Shown here in pieces: positions 49,497 through 59,751 of a stretch of 64,000 nt of DNA. The stretch is from contig JAQTYZ010000002.1 of the NCBI GenBank assembly GCA_028688055.1, positions 4,256-68,255 of the forward strand, read 5' to 3'. The notes under the pieces were generated by a model, which saw only the letters and a list, made by a program, of their open reading frames with translations, did no database searches and was not told the origin of the DNA. The stretch is from Patescibacteria group bacterium (GTDB lineage: Bacteria > Patescibacteriota > Patescibacteriia > Buchananbacterales > UBA6539). The translations under genes and the position numbers were made by a program. Numbering within the stretch: the first letter of the stretch is position 1; the number at the start of each line of letters is the position of its first letter.

Positions 49497-50193
49497 TAGT
49501 ATAATAGTTGTTTACGTCCTCGTCGTCTTCAAGTTCGTTGAAAAGTTTTTCCACCCTTGCTTGCCCGGCGGTGCTAATCGTTTTCTTTTCTTTTGGTACT
49601 TGCTCAATTTCGGCATAATCAGTGGTAATATGTTTTTGGGTTAAAAAGTCAGTGACTTTTTTTAAGTTGTTTGACTGGCAGTAGATCGTTACACCGCCAT
49701 CCTCAGACATGATATCGTCGGCGCCGGCATCAATTAGCTCAAGCTCCAGCTCAGGATTAATATTTTTTATTCTGATCACGCCTTTTATTTCAAACATCCA
49801 AGACACGCTGCTTGGCCCACCCAAGTTGCCGTCATATTTTGACAAGAGGTGTTTAATGTTAGCGCTGGTTCGGTTTCGATTATCGGTTAAGCACTCAATA
49901 ATGAAGGCCGTGTTCTCCGGACCAAAACCTTCGTAAGTTGTTTCTTCTATTTTGCCGCCGTCTAATTCGCCGGTGCCGCGTTTAACGGCTCGCTCAATAT
50001 TGTCTTTTGGCATATTGGCTTCCTTGGCTTTATCCACGGCCAGTCTTAGTTGATAATTGGCCTCTACGTCGCTGCCACCCAACCTCGCTGCCACTGATAT
50101 ATTTTTTGCCAATTTAGTAAAAACCGCCCCGCGCTTGGCGTCGGTGACGCTTTTTTGACGATGCGTTGTTGCCCACTTACTGTGTCCTGACAT
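49483..50193 (-). CDS. yebC: YebC/PmpR family DNA-binding regulator
   Basis: MSGHSKWATTHRQKSVTDAKRGAVFTKL. Confidence 0.9.
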   Translation of the reverse strand: MSGHSKWATTHRQKSVTDAKRGAVFTKLAKNISVAARLGGSDVEANYQLRLAVDKAKEANMPKDNIERAVKRGTGELDGGKIEETTYEGFGPENTAFIIECLTDNRNRTSANIKHLLSKYDGNLGGPSSVSWMFEIKGVIRIKNINPELELELIDAGADDIMSEDGGVTIYCQSNNLKKVTDFLTQKHITTDYAEIEQVPKEKKTISTAGQARVEKLFNELEDDEDVNNYYTNADI

Positions 50194-50297
50194 AAAGCTA
50201 TAAATGTCTTAATCAATTATGACTTGATTTTAGCATTTTTTAACCCTTTTTTCAATGGTCGCCACCGGCAATTTGTGTTATAATTAATTCATAATTA

Positions 50298-51392
50298 ATG
50301 ATAATTTTTCATCGTATGATTATTTTGGATGATTTAAAAAAGATTAAACGACAAGATCCGGGGCATGTTTTAGCGTCGGCTGATTTATTTGGTCAGCAAC
50401 TTAATCAGGCCTGGACGGAATTTAAAAAAGTTAAGCTGCCTGCTAACTTTAAACAAATTGATAAAATTGTCGTCAACGGTATGGGCGGTTCGGCGCTAGG
50501 GACTCATGTTTTGCAGTCGGTTTTTTTCTCTGATCTCAAAATTCCAATCGAATTAGTTAACGGTTATCAGGTGCCGGGTAATGTTAATGATAAGACTTTG
50601 TATATTATGTCGAGCTATTCGGGTACCACCGAAGAACCCATCTCGACTTATACTGAGGTTAAAAGGCGTGGGGCTAAAATTTTTGGTATTGCCAGCGGTG
50701 GCGTTTTAGCCAGCTGGATTAAACAGGGCAAAATCGCCGGGTTTATTTATGAGCCGAAATTTAATCCATCGGGGCAGCCGCGGATGAGCCTGGGATATTC
50801 GTTTGGGGCACAGCTTGGCTTGCTTAAAAAATTAAATTTAATCAAACTTTCCGCCGCCGAGATTGCCAATTATCTTAAACAAATCGACGGCTTTAAAAGA
50901 AAATTTGGCGCTGATAAGCCGGCTCAAGCTAACGCCGCTAAAAAACTAGCCTTACAGCTTAAGGGTCGGCTGCCGGTTGTAATCGCGGCCGAATTTTTGG
51001 CCGGTAACGCTCACGTGTTTGCCAACCAGTTGAATGAGAATGCCAAAACTTTTGTTAGTTATTTTTTATTGCCGGAGTTAAACCATCATTTAATCGAGGG
51101 GTTACGTTTTCCCAAATCCAACCCGGCTAATTTAGCTTTTGTTTTTTTGGAGTCTCGCTTATTTAATCAGCGAATCATTACTCGCTATAGCATTACTAAA
51201 AAAATTGTCACCAAGCATCATTTGAAAGTTGAGTCCTATTCGGCCACTGCCAGCGATAAACTAGGGCAAGTCTTTGAAGTCTTAGTCTTTGGCAGCTACG
51301 TCAGTTTTTACCTGGCCATTTTAAATGGTTTAAACCCATCGTTAATCCCGTGGGTTGATTTCCTCAAGAGTGAGCTGAAAAAAGTTAAGTAG
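50298..51392 (+). CDS. SIS-domain bifunctional phosphoglucose/phosphomannose isomerase-like protein
   Basis: IVVNGMGGSALG (SIS). Archaeal-type PGI/PMI architecture. Confidence 0.55.
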   Translation: MIIFHRMIILDDLKKIKRQDPGHVLASADLFGQQLNQAWTEFKKVKLPANFKQIDKIVVNGMGGSALGTHVLQSVFFSDLKIPIELVNGYQVPGNVNDKTLYIMSSYSGTTEEPISTYTEVKRRGAKIFGIASGGVLASWIKQGKIAGFIYEPKFNPSGQPRMSLGYSFGAQLGLLKKLNLIKLSAAEIANYLKQIDGFKRKFGADKPAQANAAKKLALQLKGRLPVVIAAEFLAGNAHVFANQLNENAKTFVSYFLLPELNHHLIEGLRFPKSNPANLAFVFLESRLFNQRIITRYSITKKIVTKHHLKVESYSATASDKLGQVFEVLVFGSYVSFYLAILNGLNPSLIPWVDFLKSELKKVK

Positions 51393-51394
51393 TT

Positions 51395-52954
51395 ATGCGG
51401 CTTATTAATCGAATCGCAAATTATTTTAGTAACCAGCCTTGGCGTCAGTCGATCTTGCTTTTCGTTTTAGCCGTTTCGTTGTTTGGCTTTCTTCACTCCG
51501 ACCCGACGTTTGCCGACCCGGACTCTTTTTATCATGCCAAAATGGCCGTCTTACTTAGTCAACGCGGTGCGGTAACGGAATTTCCTTGGCTGTCGGCCAC
51601 TAACTTGAAATATAGCTTTACTGATCATCATTTTTTGTATCATTTTATTTTAGTGCCGTTGGTGTTGTTGTTTCCGCCGCTAATCGGCTTGAAAATTTTT
51701 ACCGTCATCGCCGCGACGTTAGCGATCCTCGGATTTTTTTGGCTGTTGCGCTACCTTAAAATTCAGGGCGCATTTTGGTATGCGGTTTTTCTGTTAACCA
51801 TTAATCCGTTTATCTTTCGTTTAGCCTTAGCTAAAGCACAACCCCTGGTTTTTATTTTTTTATTTTTATTTTTGTATTTATTGTTTTCGCGCCGTTATCT
51901 TTGGTTGATTTTTGTCTCCTGTCTTTATGTCTGGCTTTATGCCGGCTGGACCTTGCTGCTTTTACTCGTTGGTCTCTATTGGTTTTTGGCGATGATTTGG
52001 CTAGTTAAAGAAAAAAATTGGAGCGTCGTTGTTAACAAAAGGACCAAAGCGCTTTGGCAAGTTTTTGGCTTGGTGTTTTGCGTTGGCCTAGGCTTGGCCG
52101 CGGGAATTTTTTTCAGCCCCTATTTTCCGCGTAATTTATTTTTTTACTGGGATCAATCTTTCAAAATTGCGGTGGTCAATTATCAGTATATCATTGGGGT
52201 TGGCGCTGAGTGGTACCCTTACGGCTTGGGGGAGTTATTTTTTTCCGCCGTGCCGTTTTTTATTATTTACTTGGTCGGTTTAGTCGTTTGGGTGGCGACT
52301 TACCGGCAGCAGTCGATGAATAGTTGGTATTTTTTCCTTTTAAGTTTTGGGTTTTTTGGTCTGACGTTAAAGTCGCGGCGCTATGTTGAATATTTTATTC
52401 CGTTTGCTCTCAGCTTTTCCGTGATCAGTATTAATGTTGTTATGCCTGAGCTTAAACGTCGGCTCGGAAAGCAGTTGCCCCGTAAGCTGATTTTAGTTTT
52501 ACCGTTACTTCTAATTTTAGCCATTTCCCCGGTCATTTTCCGTGACCTGAAGTCAGTTAAAGATTCTTATGCCCGAGGGTTTAAATTTGATAAGTTCGCC
52601 GCGCCCAGTCGTTGGCTAGTGGAGAATTCACTGGCGGGCGATATTGTTTTCCATTCTGATTGGGACGAATTTCCGCTTTTATTTTATAACAATGACCACA
52701 ATTTTTATTTAGTCGGACTCGACCCAACTTTTATGTACGAGTATGACCATGAATTGTATCGTCAGTGGGTTGGCATAACCACCGGTCAGGTTAGCACTAA
52801 TTTATATCAGACTATTAAGGAGTTGTTTGGGGCAAAGTATGTCTTGGTTGATATTAATCAAAATAAAAAGTTCGACCAAAATCTTAAAGCCGATGGCGGC
52901 TTTAACGAAGTTTTTTCCAGTCCGGAAGCCAAAATTTATCGGCTCGCCGATTAG
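51395..52954 (+). CDS. GT-C-like polytopic membrane protein
   Basis: More than 12 TM helices. First-loop FADPDSFYHAK acidic motif. Confidence 0.45.
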   Translation: MRLINRIANYFSNQPWRQSILLFVLAVSLFGFLHSDPTFADPDSFYHAKMAVLLSQRGAVTEFPWLSATNLKYSFTDHHFLYHFILVPLVLLFPPLIGLKIFTVIAATLAILGFFWLLRYLKIQGAFWYAVFLLTINPFIFRLALAKAQPLVFIFLFLFLYLLFSRRYLWLIFVSCLYVWLYAGWTLLLLLVGLYWFLAMIWLVKEKNWSVVVNKRTKALWQVFGLVFCVGLGLAAGIFFSPYFPRNLFFYWDQSFKIAVVNYQYIIGVGAEWYPYGLGELFFSAVPFFIIYLVGLVVWVATYRQQSMNSWYFFLLSFGFFGLTLKSRRYVEYFIPFALSFSVISINVVMPELKRRLGKQLPRKLILVLPLLLILAISPVIFRDLKSVKDSYARGFKFDKFAAPSRWLVENSLAGDIVFHSDWDEFPLLFYNNDHNFYLVGLDPTFMYEYDHELYRQWVGITTGQVSTNLYQTIKELFGAKYVLVDINQNKKFDQNLKADGGFNEVFSSPEAKIYRLAD

Positions 52955-52955
52955 T

Positions 52956-54308
52956 ATGAAATTTTTTTTTAATCAAACCAGGCGGTTAAACTCGTTTGGC
53001 CTTTTTTTATTTGTTATTTTTTCTTTATTATCTGCCGCGGTTAGCTATTTTGATTTTCAAAATAGTTGGTATCTGACCACTATTTATTTATTATTTTTAG
53101 CGTACGTCGTCTATTTTATTTTTTGTCAGGCTTTTTTAAATGTTGATCTTAGTCAGTTAACTTTGAAGTGGCCAATTTTTATCACCATCTCAATTTTAGC
53201 GACCCTCTTAATGATGATGCCGGGCTACGGTAACGATTTTTATCATTACGTCGCTGAAGATTTAATTTTAGTTAAATATCACCTCAACCCTTATCTGGTT
53301 AGTCCCAGCCAATTGCCTTTTGAGCCGGCGACTTGGTTAAGTTTTTGGCGGGACTTGCCAGCGCAACATGGACCTTGGCGAATTATTTTAACTCTGCCCG
53401 CCGCCGTTGTCACGGCCTCAAATTTTGTTGCGGGTATTATTAGCTACAAAATAATAACGGCGGGATTTTTTTTGGCAACGGCGGTTGTTTTTTATAAGTT
53501 GCTCATTATTTTAAATATTGCCGAGGCCAAACGGGGACTACTACTTCTACTGTGGAACCCTTTAATGTTATTTGGGACTTTTGCCGGCGGTGGGACTGAT
53601 ATCTTAATGACCTTTTGGTTATTGTTATCATTATATTTTGCGGCGAAGCATAAATGGCTACCTTCAATTGCCGCTATTTCAATTTCGATTTTAGTTAAGT
53701 ATGTCACCATCTTAATTTTGCCTTTATTGATGATGTTCTTTATTTCCACGGCCTTGGGGGCAGCTAAAAAAATATATTTTTTACTCAAACAAACGCTGGT
53801 TTTTACCGTTATCGTCGGTGTTTCTTTTTATCCTTTTTGGGCCGGCTTTAAAATTTTTGCCGGCTTACTCTGGGTGTCACACTTTTTTGACCTTAGTTCG
53901 TTCCCCGGCTTTATTGGCTCGGTGCTGCTACTTGTGGATCCAAATTTTGAGCCCTACTCGCTTAAGCTGCCGTTTGAATTAATTTTTATTGCTATTTATT
54001 TTTTTATTTTGTTAAAGTTTTTTTTGATCCCAGAAAAAAAAATCCAAAATTTAGTTGGTTATTCAGCCCTCATTATTGGTGTCTTTCTGATCTTAGGAAA
54101 ATTTTGGTTTTATCCGAAGTACTTAATTTGGCTGTTACCGTTGTTGCTTTTGAGTGGCAAAAAGTTTTATTGGTTGGCCATTTTTTTAAGCGGTCTAATT
54201 GTTGGGTCGCCTTTCCCTTCGGTGCCATTGCCAGTTTTTTTTATTGTTCCCAGTTTGGTTTTTGGGGTTTACTTTTATCTTAAGGATTTAGCCGGTTTTG
54301 AGATATGA
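52956..54308 (+). CDS. polytopic membrane protein (start moved to the ATG at 52956)
   Basis: Removes the 128-bp overlap with the upstream gene. More than 12 TM helices. Confidence 0.45.
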   Translation: MKFFFNQTRRLNSFGLFLFVIFSLLSAAVSYFDFQNSWYLTTIYLLFLAYVVYFIFCQAFLNVDLSQLTLKWPIFITISILATLLMMMPGYGNDFYHYVAEDLILVKYHLNPYLVSPSQLPFEPATWLSFWRDLPAQHGPWRIILTLPAAVVTASNFVAGIISYKIITAGFFLATAVVFYKLLIILNIAEAKRGLLLLLWNPLMLFGTFAGGGTDILMTFWLLLSLYFAAKHKWLPSIAAISISILVKYVTILILPLLMMFFISTALGAAKKIYFLLKQTLVFTVIVGVSFYPFWAGFKIFAGLLWVSHFFDLSSFPGFIGSVLLLVDPNFEPYSLKLPFELIFIAIYFFILLKFFLIPEKKIQNLVGYSALIIGVFLILGKFWFYPKYLIWLLPLLLLSGKKFYWLAIFLSGLIVGSPFPSVPLPVFFIVPSLVFGVYFYLKDLAGFEI

Positions 54309-55024
54309 CCAAAATTTTAATTGTTATTCCGGCCTACAATGAAGAAAAAATTTTAGCCACCAATGTTTTGACGCTTTTTAATTATTGTCAAAAAAATATC
54401 GTTGACGACTGGGAGATTGTCATTGCCAACAATCTATCAACAGATTGTACTGCCACCATTGCCAAATCCTTAGCCGACAAATTGCCTCACGTTAGCTCCA
54501 TTACTATTAATACTAAAGGTAAGGGCGTCGCTATTGCGGGTGGCTGGAACTCGGTTGCGGCGGACGTTTATTGTTTTATGGATGCTGACTTGGCAACTGA
54601 CTTGTCAGCCTTGCCGTCCTTAATTGCCGGGATAAAAAGCGGGTATGATTTGGTGGTTGGCAGTCGTTATGTTGAAGGCGCGCAAGTCTCCCGTACCCTG
54701 GCTAGACGAATTTTTTCTTTTGGCTATCGGCTGGTTTTGCAGCTGTTGCTCGGAACAAAAATAAAAGACTTGCCTTGTGGCTTTAAGGCGATTAATAGTA
54801 AGATAAAAGAGTCAATTTTGCCACTGCTTCACAATCAAGGCTGGTTTTTTGATACCGAATTAGTTATCGTTTCAGAAAAGCTGGGCTTTAAGATTAAGGA
54901 AATTCCGGTGACCTGGTTTGAACCGCGTGGTCCGGCCGATAAAAGCCGGGTTAATTTATTGGCAGTAGCCTGGTCGTATCTTCAGGAAGTGATTTGGTTG
55001 CGGTCAAGATTAAAAAAAATGTAG
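54305..55024 (+). CDS. GT2 polyprenyl-phosphate glycosyltransferase
   Basis: ILIVIPAYNEE...CFMDADLATD. Confidence 0.75.
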   Translation: MTKILIVIPAYNEEKILATNVLTLFNYCQKNIVDDWEIVIANNLSTDCTATIAKSLADKLPHVSSITINTKGKGVAIAGGWNSVAADVYCFMDADLATDLSALPSLIAGIKSGYDLVVGSRYVEGAQVSRTLARRIFSFGYRLVLQLLLGTKIKDLPCGFKAINSKIKESILPLLHNQGWFFDTELVIVSEKLGFKIKEIPVTWFEPRGPADKSRVNLLAVAWSYLQEVIWLRSRLKKM

Positions 55025-55025
55025 T

Positions 55026-55742
55026 ATGCCAAAAATTTATATTGTCATTCCAACCTATAACGAAAAAAATAATATTGTTAAACTTTTAGACCTTATTTTT
55101 AGGCAGTCAATTGAAGGGCTAAATGTTTTAGTGGTTGATGATAACTCACCTGATGGTACGGGTGATGTTGTTGATGGATTAAGGGCAGGCAATCTGCGGT
55201 TGAATATTTTACATCGCCACCATAAAGACGGTTTAGGCCGCGCTTACATTGATGGTTTTAAACTGGCCCTCACAGCCGGGGCGGATTTAATTTTGGAGAT
55301 GGACGCTGATTTGTCGCATGACCCTAAATATTTGCCAGCCATTTTAGCGGCGGCCACTAAGTTTGATTTGGTTATTGGCTCAAGGTATATTAAGGGCGGG
55401 GGAGTCGCTAACTGGAATATGGCCCGCCGACTAATTAGTCGTTTTGGTAATTTATATGCCCGCGTCATTTTAGGGTTGTCGGTTCGGGATTTAACCGGCG
55501 GTTACAAATGCTACCATCGCCAAGTTTTAGAAAACATTGGGCTTGATGACTTAAGTTCGGTCGGCTACAATTTCCAAATTGAAACAACCTACCAAGCGCT
55601 GCGGGCGGGATTTAGGGTCGGTGAAGTTCCGATTGTGTTTGTTGAACGAGCCGAAGGCCAGTCGAAATTTAGCCTTGGCATTATGTTGGAAAGTTTTTGG
55701 AAAGTTTTTATTTTAAAGTATAAGTCGCGCGTCACGAAATAA
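55026..55742 (+). CDS. GT2 dolichyl/polyprenyl-phosphate mannose synthase-like
   Basis: IYIVIPTYNE...VLVVDDNSPDGT...EMDADLSHDP. Confidence 0.8.
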   Translation: MPKIYIVIPTYNEKNNIVKLLDLIFRQSIEGLNVLVVDDNSPDGTGDVVDGLRAGNLRLNILHRHHKDGLGRAYIDGFKLALTAGADLILEMDADLSHDPKYLPAILAAATKFDLVIGSRYIKGGGVANWNMARRLISRFGNLYARVILGLSVRDLTGGYKCYHRQVLENIGLDDLSSVGYNFQIETTYQALRAGFRVGEVPIVFVERAEGQSKFSLGIMLESFWKVFILKYKSRVTK

Positions 55743-55748
55743 TATTTT

Positions 55749-56435
55749 ATGTCTACGGTTTCGATTGTCGTGCCAGTTTATAATGAGCGAGCCTATATTG
55801 CTAAGATTTTGAACCAGCTTGATGAGCTGGTATTTAGGGGCAATGCCAAAGAAATTATTGTGGTTAATGATTGTTCAACTGACGGTACGACTGAAATTTT
55901 AAATCAGTTTGTCGACCGTTTCAAAATTTATAATCATAAGACTAATTGTGGTAAAGGGGAGGCACTGAAAACCGGTTTTGCGAAGTGTCGGGGTGATATT
56001 ATTGCTGTCCAAGATGCCGACTTGGAGTATAACCCAGCCGACTTAATTGAATCAGTGGCGCTGCTTAATAGTACTGAGGCGAGGGTGGTTTATGGCTCGC
56101 GGATGATGGCTCATAATCCCGTTGGTCATTGGGCATATTATTTTGGCAACCGATTAATTTCGTTTCTCACGCGCTGGCTATATGCAGCTAAAATAACTGA
56201 CGTGGAGACCGGCCACAAAGTTTTTCGCCGTGAAGTTCTTGAATTAATGAAATTGGAAAATAATGATTTTGGATTTGAGGTTGAATTTACGGCCAAGCTT
56301 TTAAAACAGGGGATTAAAATTATGGAACGTCCAATCAGTTATCAGCCGCGCCAATTCAACGAGGGCAAGAAGATTGGCTGGCGTGATGGGCTCAAGGCCG
56401 TCTGGCTGCTAATCAAGTATCGGTTTAAGGACTAG
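55749..56435 (+). CDS. GT2 glycosyltransferase
   Basis: VSIVVPVYNE...VVNDCSTDGT...VQDADLEYNP. Confidence 0.75.
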   Translation: MSTVSIVVPVYNERAYIAKILNQLDELVFRGNAKEIIVVNDCSTDGTTEILNQFVDRFKIYNHKTNCGKGEALKTGFAKCRGDIIAVQDADLEYNPADLIESVALLNSTEARVVYGSRMMAHNPVGHWAYYFGNRLISFLTRWLYAAKITDVETGHKVFRREVLELMKLENNDFGFEVEFTAKLLKQGIKIMERPISYQPRQFNEGKKIGWRDGLKAVWLLIKYRFKD

Positions 56436-56437
56436 TA

Positions 56438-58090
56438 ATGACTTTAAGGCAAATTTTTAAATCTATTACATTAGCTGAGTGGCGCTGGGTGACTGCGCTT
56501 GGTTTTTTAATGATCGTGATTACCACCGCCCCTTTGCTTTATGGTTTTTTAATAACGCCGTCGGGCAGCGAATTTACCGGTATTCATTTTGCCGCGCCCA
56601 ATGATTGGTTTGTCTATTATTCTTACATTGAACAAGTTAAGCAAGGACACTTACTATTTCGCGATTTGTTCGCCTCAGAACCGCATACTCCGGTTTTAAA
56701 TATTCTCTGGCTGGCTGTTGGTTTTCTGGCAAAAATATTTAACCTTTCAGCCATCGTTGCTTTTAACCTCGCCCGAATTTTTCTCATTGGTGTCTTTTAT
56801 TTTATTCTTTATTTATTTTTAGCTTATTGGTTTGAGGAAATAAAATGGCGTCGATGGTTGACGGTTTTTATTTCTTTTTCGTCTGGCTTAGGGATACTAC
56901 AAATCAACCGCATTATTCAGTTTCCCTTTAATTTTGCTCATAATCAATTCAATTGGCCAATGGATTTGTGGGTGCCGGAGTCAAATACTTTTTTGACCCT
57001 TTATTATTCGCCCCATTTTATTGCTTCGCTGAGTTTAATTTTACTGACTTTTTTCTTGCTGGTCTTAGCCGTTGATAACCACAAACTAAGCTACTCATTT
57101 TTAGCGGGTTTGTCGGCCGCCGCCTTATTTGAATTTCACCCCTTTCATATTTTGACTATTTTTGTTGTCACTCTTATTTACTATTTTATTATTTGGCGGC
57201 GGAAAGTAGTTAATTTTATATTCCTAGCCGCTAGCTATTTGATTTTGTTTTTTGTCTCTTTGCCGGTTGTCGGGTACTATTTATATTTATTAAAAACTGA
57301 CTGGGTAACTCAGCAAAAAGCGGCCCAAAATTTAACTTTTACTACGCCGCTTTGGCTCACCTTAGTTAGTTATGGTTTGTTGTTGCCATTATTTGTTTAT
57401 GGTTGGTGCTTAGTTGTCAAAAAAAATAATTTAACTAGCAAAAATATTTTATTACTGGTCTGGCCCGTGGTCCAGTTTTTTTTAATTTACTTCCCGGTGA
57501 ACTATCAGCGACGGCTAACAGAAGGGCTGCATCTTCCCCTGGCAATTTTTAGTGGCATTGCCATTGTTGAATTGTATCGTCGACTGCAAAATAATCAGCA
57601 GCCGAAGGCGCGGTGGTTATTGGCGAATCGTTATGCCTTTATTTTTTTATTCGGTGCCCTGTTAATCAGCTCAAATATTTTTGCGCTGGCGTCAGACCTT
57701 TTTATTTACGCCGATCAACGAGATTTAGCTTATCTGCCCCGCGCCGAAGTTGCGGCCGCGACTTGGTTGTCCACGCTGCCGGGTAATATTATTGTTTTTA
57801 ATTCAGCGAGCAACATTGTAAATATCATTCCGGCGTATTCCGGTCAAACCGTTTTTGTTGGTCATGGTGTGGAAACGCCTGATTTTGGCAGTAAACAAAT
57901 GATGGTTAACTATTTTTTTTCGAACAATCGTGATGTGGCGTCCGAGCATAATTGGTTGAAAAAAAATAGTATTTCCTACCTTTATTATGGCCCCGCCGAA
58001 CAAAAACTTGGCCACTTTAATCCCGAACTCAAAAATTATTTAAAGCTGGTTTATCGTAATGATTTAGTTTCAATTTACCAAGTCCTATGA
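56438..58090 (+). CDS. polytopic membrane protein (GT-C-like), paralog A
   Basis: N-terminal L.QIFKSITLAEWRWV and YYSYI motifs shared with the next gene. Confidence 0.45.
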   Translation: MTLRQIFKSITLAEWRWVTALGFLMIVITTAPLLYGFLITPSGSEFTGIHFAAPNDWFVYYSYIEQVKQGHLLFRDLFASEPHTPVLNILWLAVGFLAKIFNLSAIVAFNLARIFLIGVFYFILYLFLAYWFEEIKWRRWLTVFISFSSGLGILQINRIIQFPFNFAHNQFNWPMDLWVPESNTFLTLYYSPHFIASLSLILLTFFLLVLAVDNHKLSYSFLAGLSAAALFEFHPFHILTIFVVTLIYYFIIWRRKVVNFIFLAASYLILFFVSLPVVGYYLYLLKTDWVTQQKAAQNLTFTTPLWLTLVSYGLLLPLFVYGWCLVVKKNNLTSKNILLLVWPVVQFFLIYFPVNYQRRLTEGLHLPLAIFSGIAIVELYRRLQNNQQPKARWLLANRYAFIFLFGALLISSNIFALASDLFIYADQRDLAYLPRAEVAAATWLSTLPGNIIVFNSASNIVNIIPAYSGQTVFVGHGVETPDFGSKQMMVNYFFSNNRDVASEHNWLKKNSISYLYYGPAEQKLGHFNPELKNYLKLVYRNDLVSIYQVL

Positions 58091-59751
58091 ACAAGATTTT
58101 TAATTCAATCAGCCGCGCGGAATGGCAGTGGGTAGCTTGGTTAACCACGTTGGTGATGATTTTGACTATTATCCCTTATCTATTGGGTTACTGGTTGGCG
58201 CCGGCTAATACTGTCTACAATGGTATTCATGCTCTGAGTCCCGGTGATATCCCGGTTTATTATTCATACATCAATCAAGCTGCTAGTGGTAAGATTTTTT
58301 TTACCGATTTGTTTACCACGGAAAAGCAAACGCTGGGCACTTTTAATGTTTGGTGGTTGGGGATTGGACTATTGGCCGGCTTACTTCAGTTATCGGCTCC
58401 GGTTATATTTCAGCTGTCTCGCCTAGCAATGATCCCAGTTTTTACGGTTGTTTTATACTTTTTTTTGAGCTATCTCTTTAACGATTCTGTTTTACGCCGC
58501 CTGGCTTTTTTCTTGGTTTTATTTTCTTCTGGTGTCGGCGCTTATGTTTCCCCGGCCCTTGACTCCATTGCCTACCGCAATTTGGATCAATATCCTTGGC
58601 CGATTGATTTGTGGCTGGTGGAGTCAAATACCTTTAACGCCCTTTACCAAACTTCGCATTTTATTGCCTCCATTACGCTTACTTTGCTGATTTTTATTCT
58701 GATGCTTCTGGCCTTTGAAACTGGCAAGGTTCGCTATGCCGTCTGGGGCGGTTTAGCCGCCCTATTTTATTTTAATTTTCACCCTTATTATGTGCCGGTA
58801 ATTTATGGCACCGTGGGACTTTATTGGCTGGTTTGTTCTTTTAAAGCTAAAAAATTGCTCTGGCAATATTTTTGGCAGCTGATAATTTTTGGGGTCATCT
58901 CGGTACCGTCGGTGTTTTATCACGCCTGGTTAATTCAAAATAGTTTTGTCATTGGCATTCGCGCCACCCAAAATGTTACTTTAATTTCACCGCTCATCTA
59001 TGTGTTGTTAGGTTATGGTTTTTTAATCCCCGGATTTTTATTTGGCTTAGCTGTTGTTAAAAAACTAAAAATTAACCAGCGCGTCGTCTGGCTGTTGTTG
59101 TCCTGGCTGGTTGTCAGTGTGGCCCTAATTTATTCTCCTTTTCCGTTTCATAGCCGCTATACTCAGGGCGTACAAATTGTTTTAGCCATTTTTACGGCGG
59201 TGGGATTATTATATTTTTATCGTTGGGCCCAAATCCATTGTCCCAGAAAAATTTATGATTTTTGGATTAAAAACCCGGCGCTTTGGCTAATGCTATTTAT
59301 TTTGTTATTTGCGCCTTCCAATATTTATGGGCTGGTGCGCGACGTTTATTATGCCGTTTATCAACCAGGCGAAATCGCTACCTATTATTACATTCCAACC
59401 GACGATTTGCAGGCGTTTGCTTGGTTAAAAAATCAGCCAAAAATTCAGAATGTTTTATCGTTTGGTCTGGCCGACAGCTTCATCCCAGCGTTTAGCGGCC
59501 AGGCCTCCTATGCCGCCCATGCTCAGGAAACGTTATTTTTTAATTCCAAGTTTATTCAGGTTGTTTGGTTCTATGGTTCCAATATTAATGATTCCGCGAA
59601 AGAAAAATTTTTAGCGGCTAACAATATCACTTTTGTTTTTTATAGTGATTATGAAAAAAAACTGGGTGACTTTGCCCCCAGTCAAAAAAAATATTTAAGT
59701 TTGGTGTTTAGCACGCCGACGGCCAAAATTTACCAAGTCATTCAACCGTAA
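58087..59751 (+). CDS. polytopic membrane protein (GT-C-like), paralog B
   Basis: About 30% identical to paralog A over the full length. 4-bp overlap. Confidence 0.45.
   Translation: MNKIFNSISRAEWQWVAWLTTLVMILTIIPYLLGYWLAPANTVYNGIHALSPGDIPVYYSYINQAASGKIFFTDLFTTEKQTLGTFNVWWLGIGLLAGLLQLSAPVIFQLSRLAMIPVFTVVLYFFLSYLFNDSVLRRLAFFLVLFSSGVGAYVSPALDSIAYRNLDQYPWPIDLWLVESNTFNALYQTSHFIASITLTLLIFILMLLAFETGKVRYAVWGGLAALFYFNFHPYYVPVIYGTVGLYWLVCSFKAKKLLWQYFWQLIIFGVISVPSVFYHAWLIQNSFVIGIRATQNVTLISPLIYVLLGYGFLIPGFLFGLAVVKKLKINQRVVWLLLSWLVVSVALIYSPFPFHSRYTQGVQIVLAIFTAVGLLYFYRWAQIHCPRKIYDFWIKNPALWLMLFILLFAPSNIYGLVRDVYYAVYQPGEIATYYYIPTDDLQAFAWLKNQPKIQNVLSFGLADSFIPAFSGQASYAAHAQETLFFNSKFIQVVWFYGSNINDSAKEKFLAANNITFVFYSDYEKKLGDFAPSQKKYLSLVFSTPTAKIYQVIQP

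Noticed and set aside
52827-52955. Upstream 43 codons of the 52827 ORF
   Set aside because: They would overlap the preceding gene by 128 bp. An in-frame ATG at 52956, directly after the upstream stop, gives a conventional signal-anchor N-terminus.
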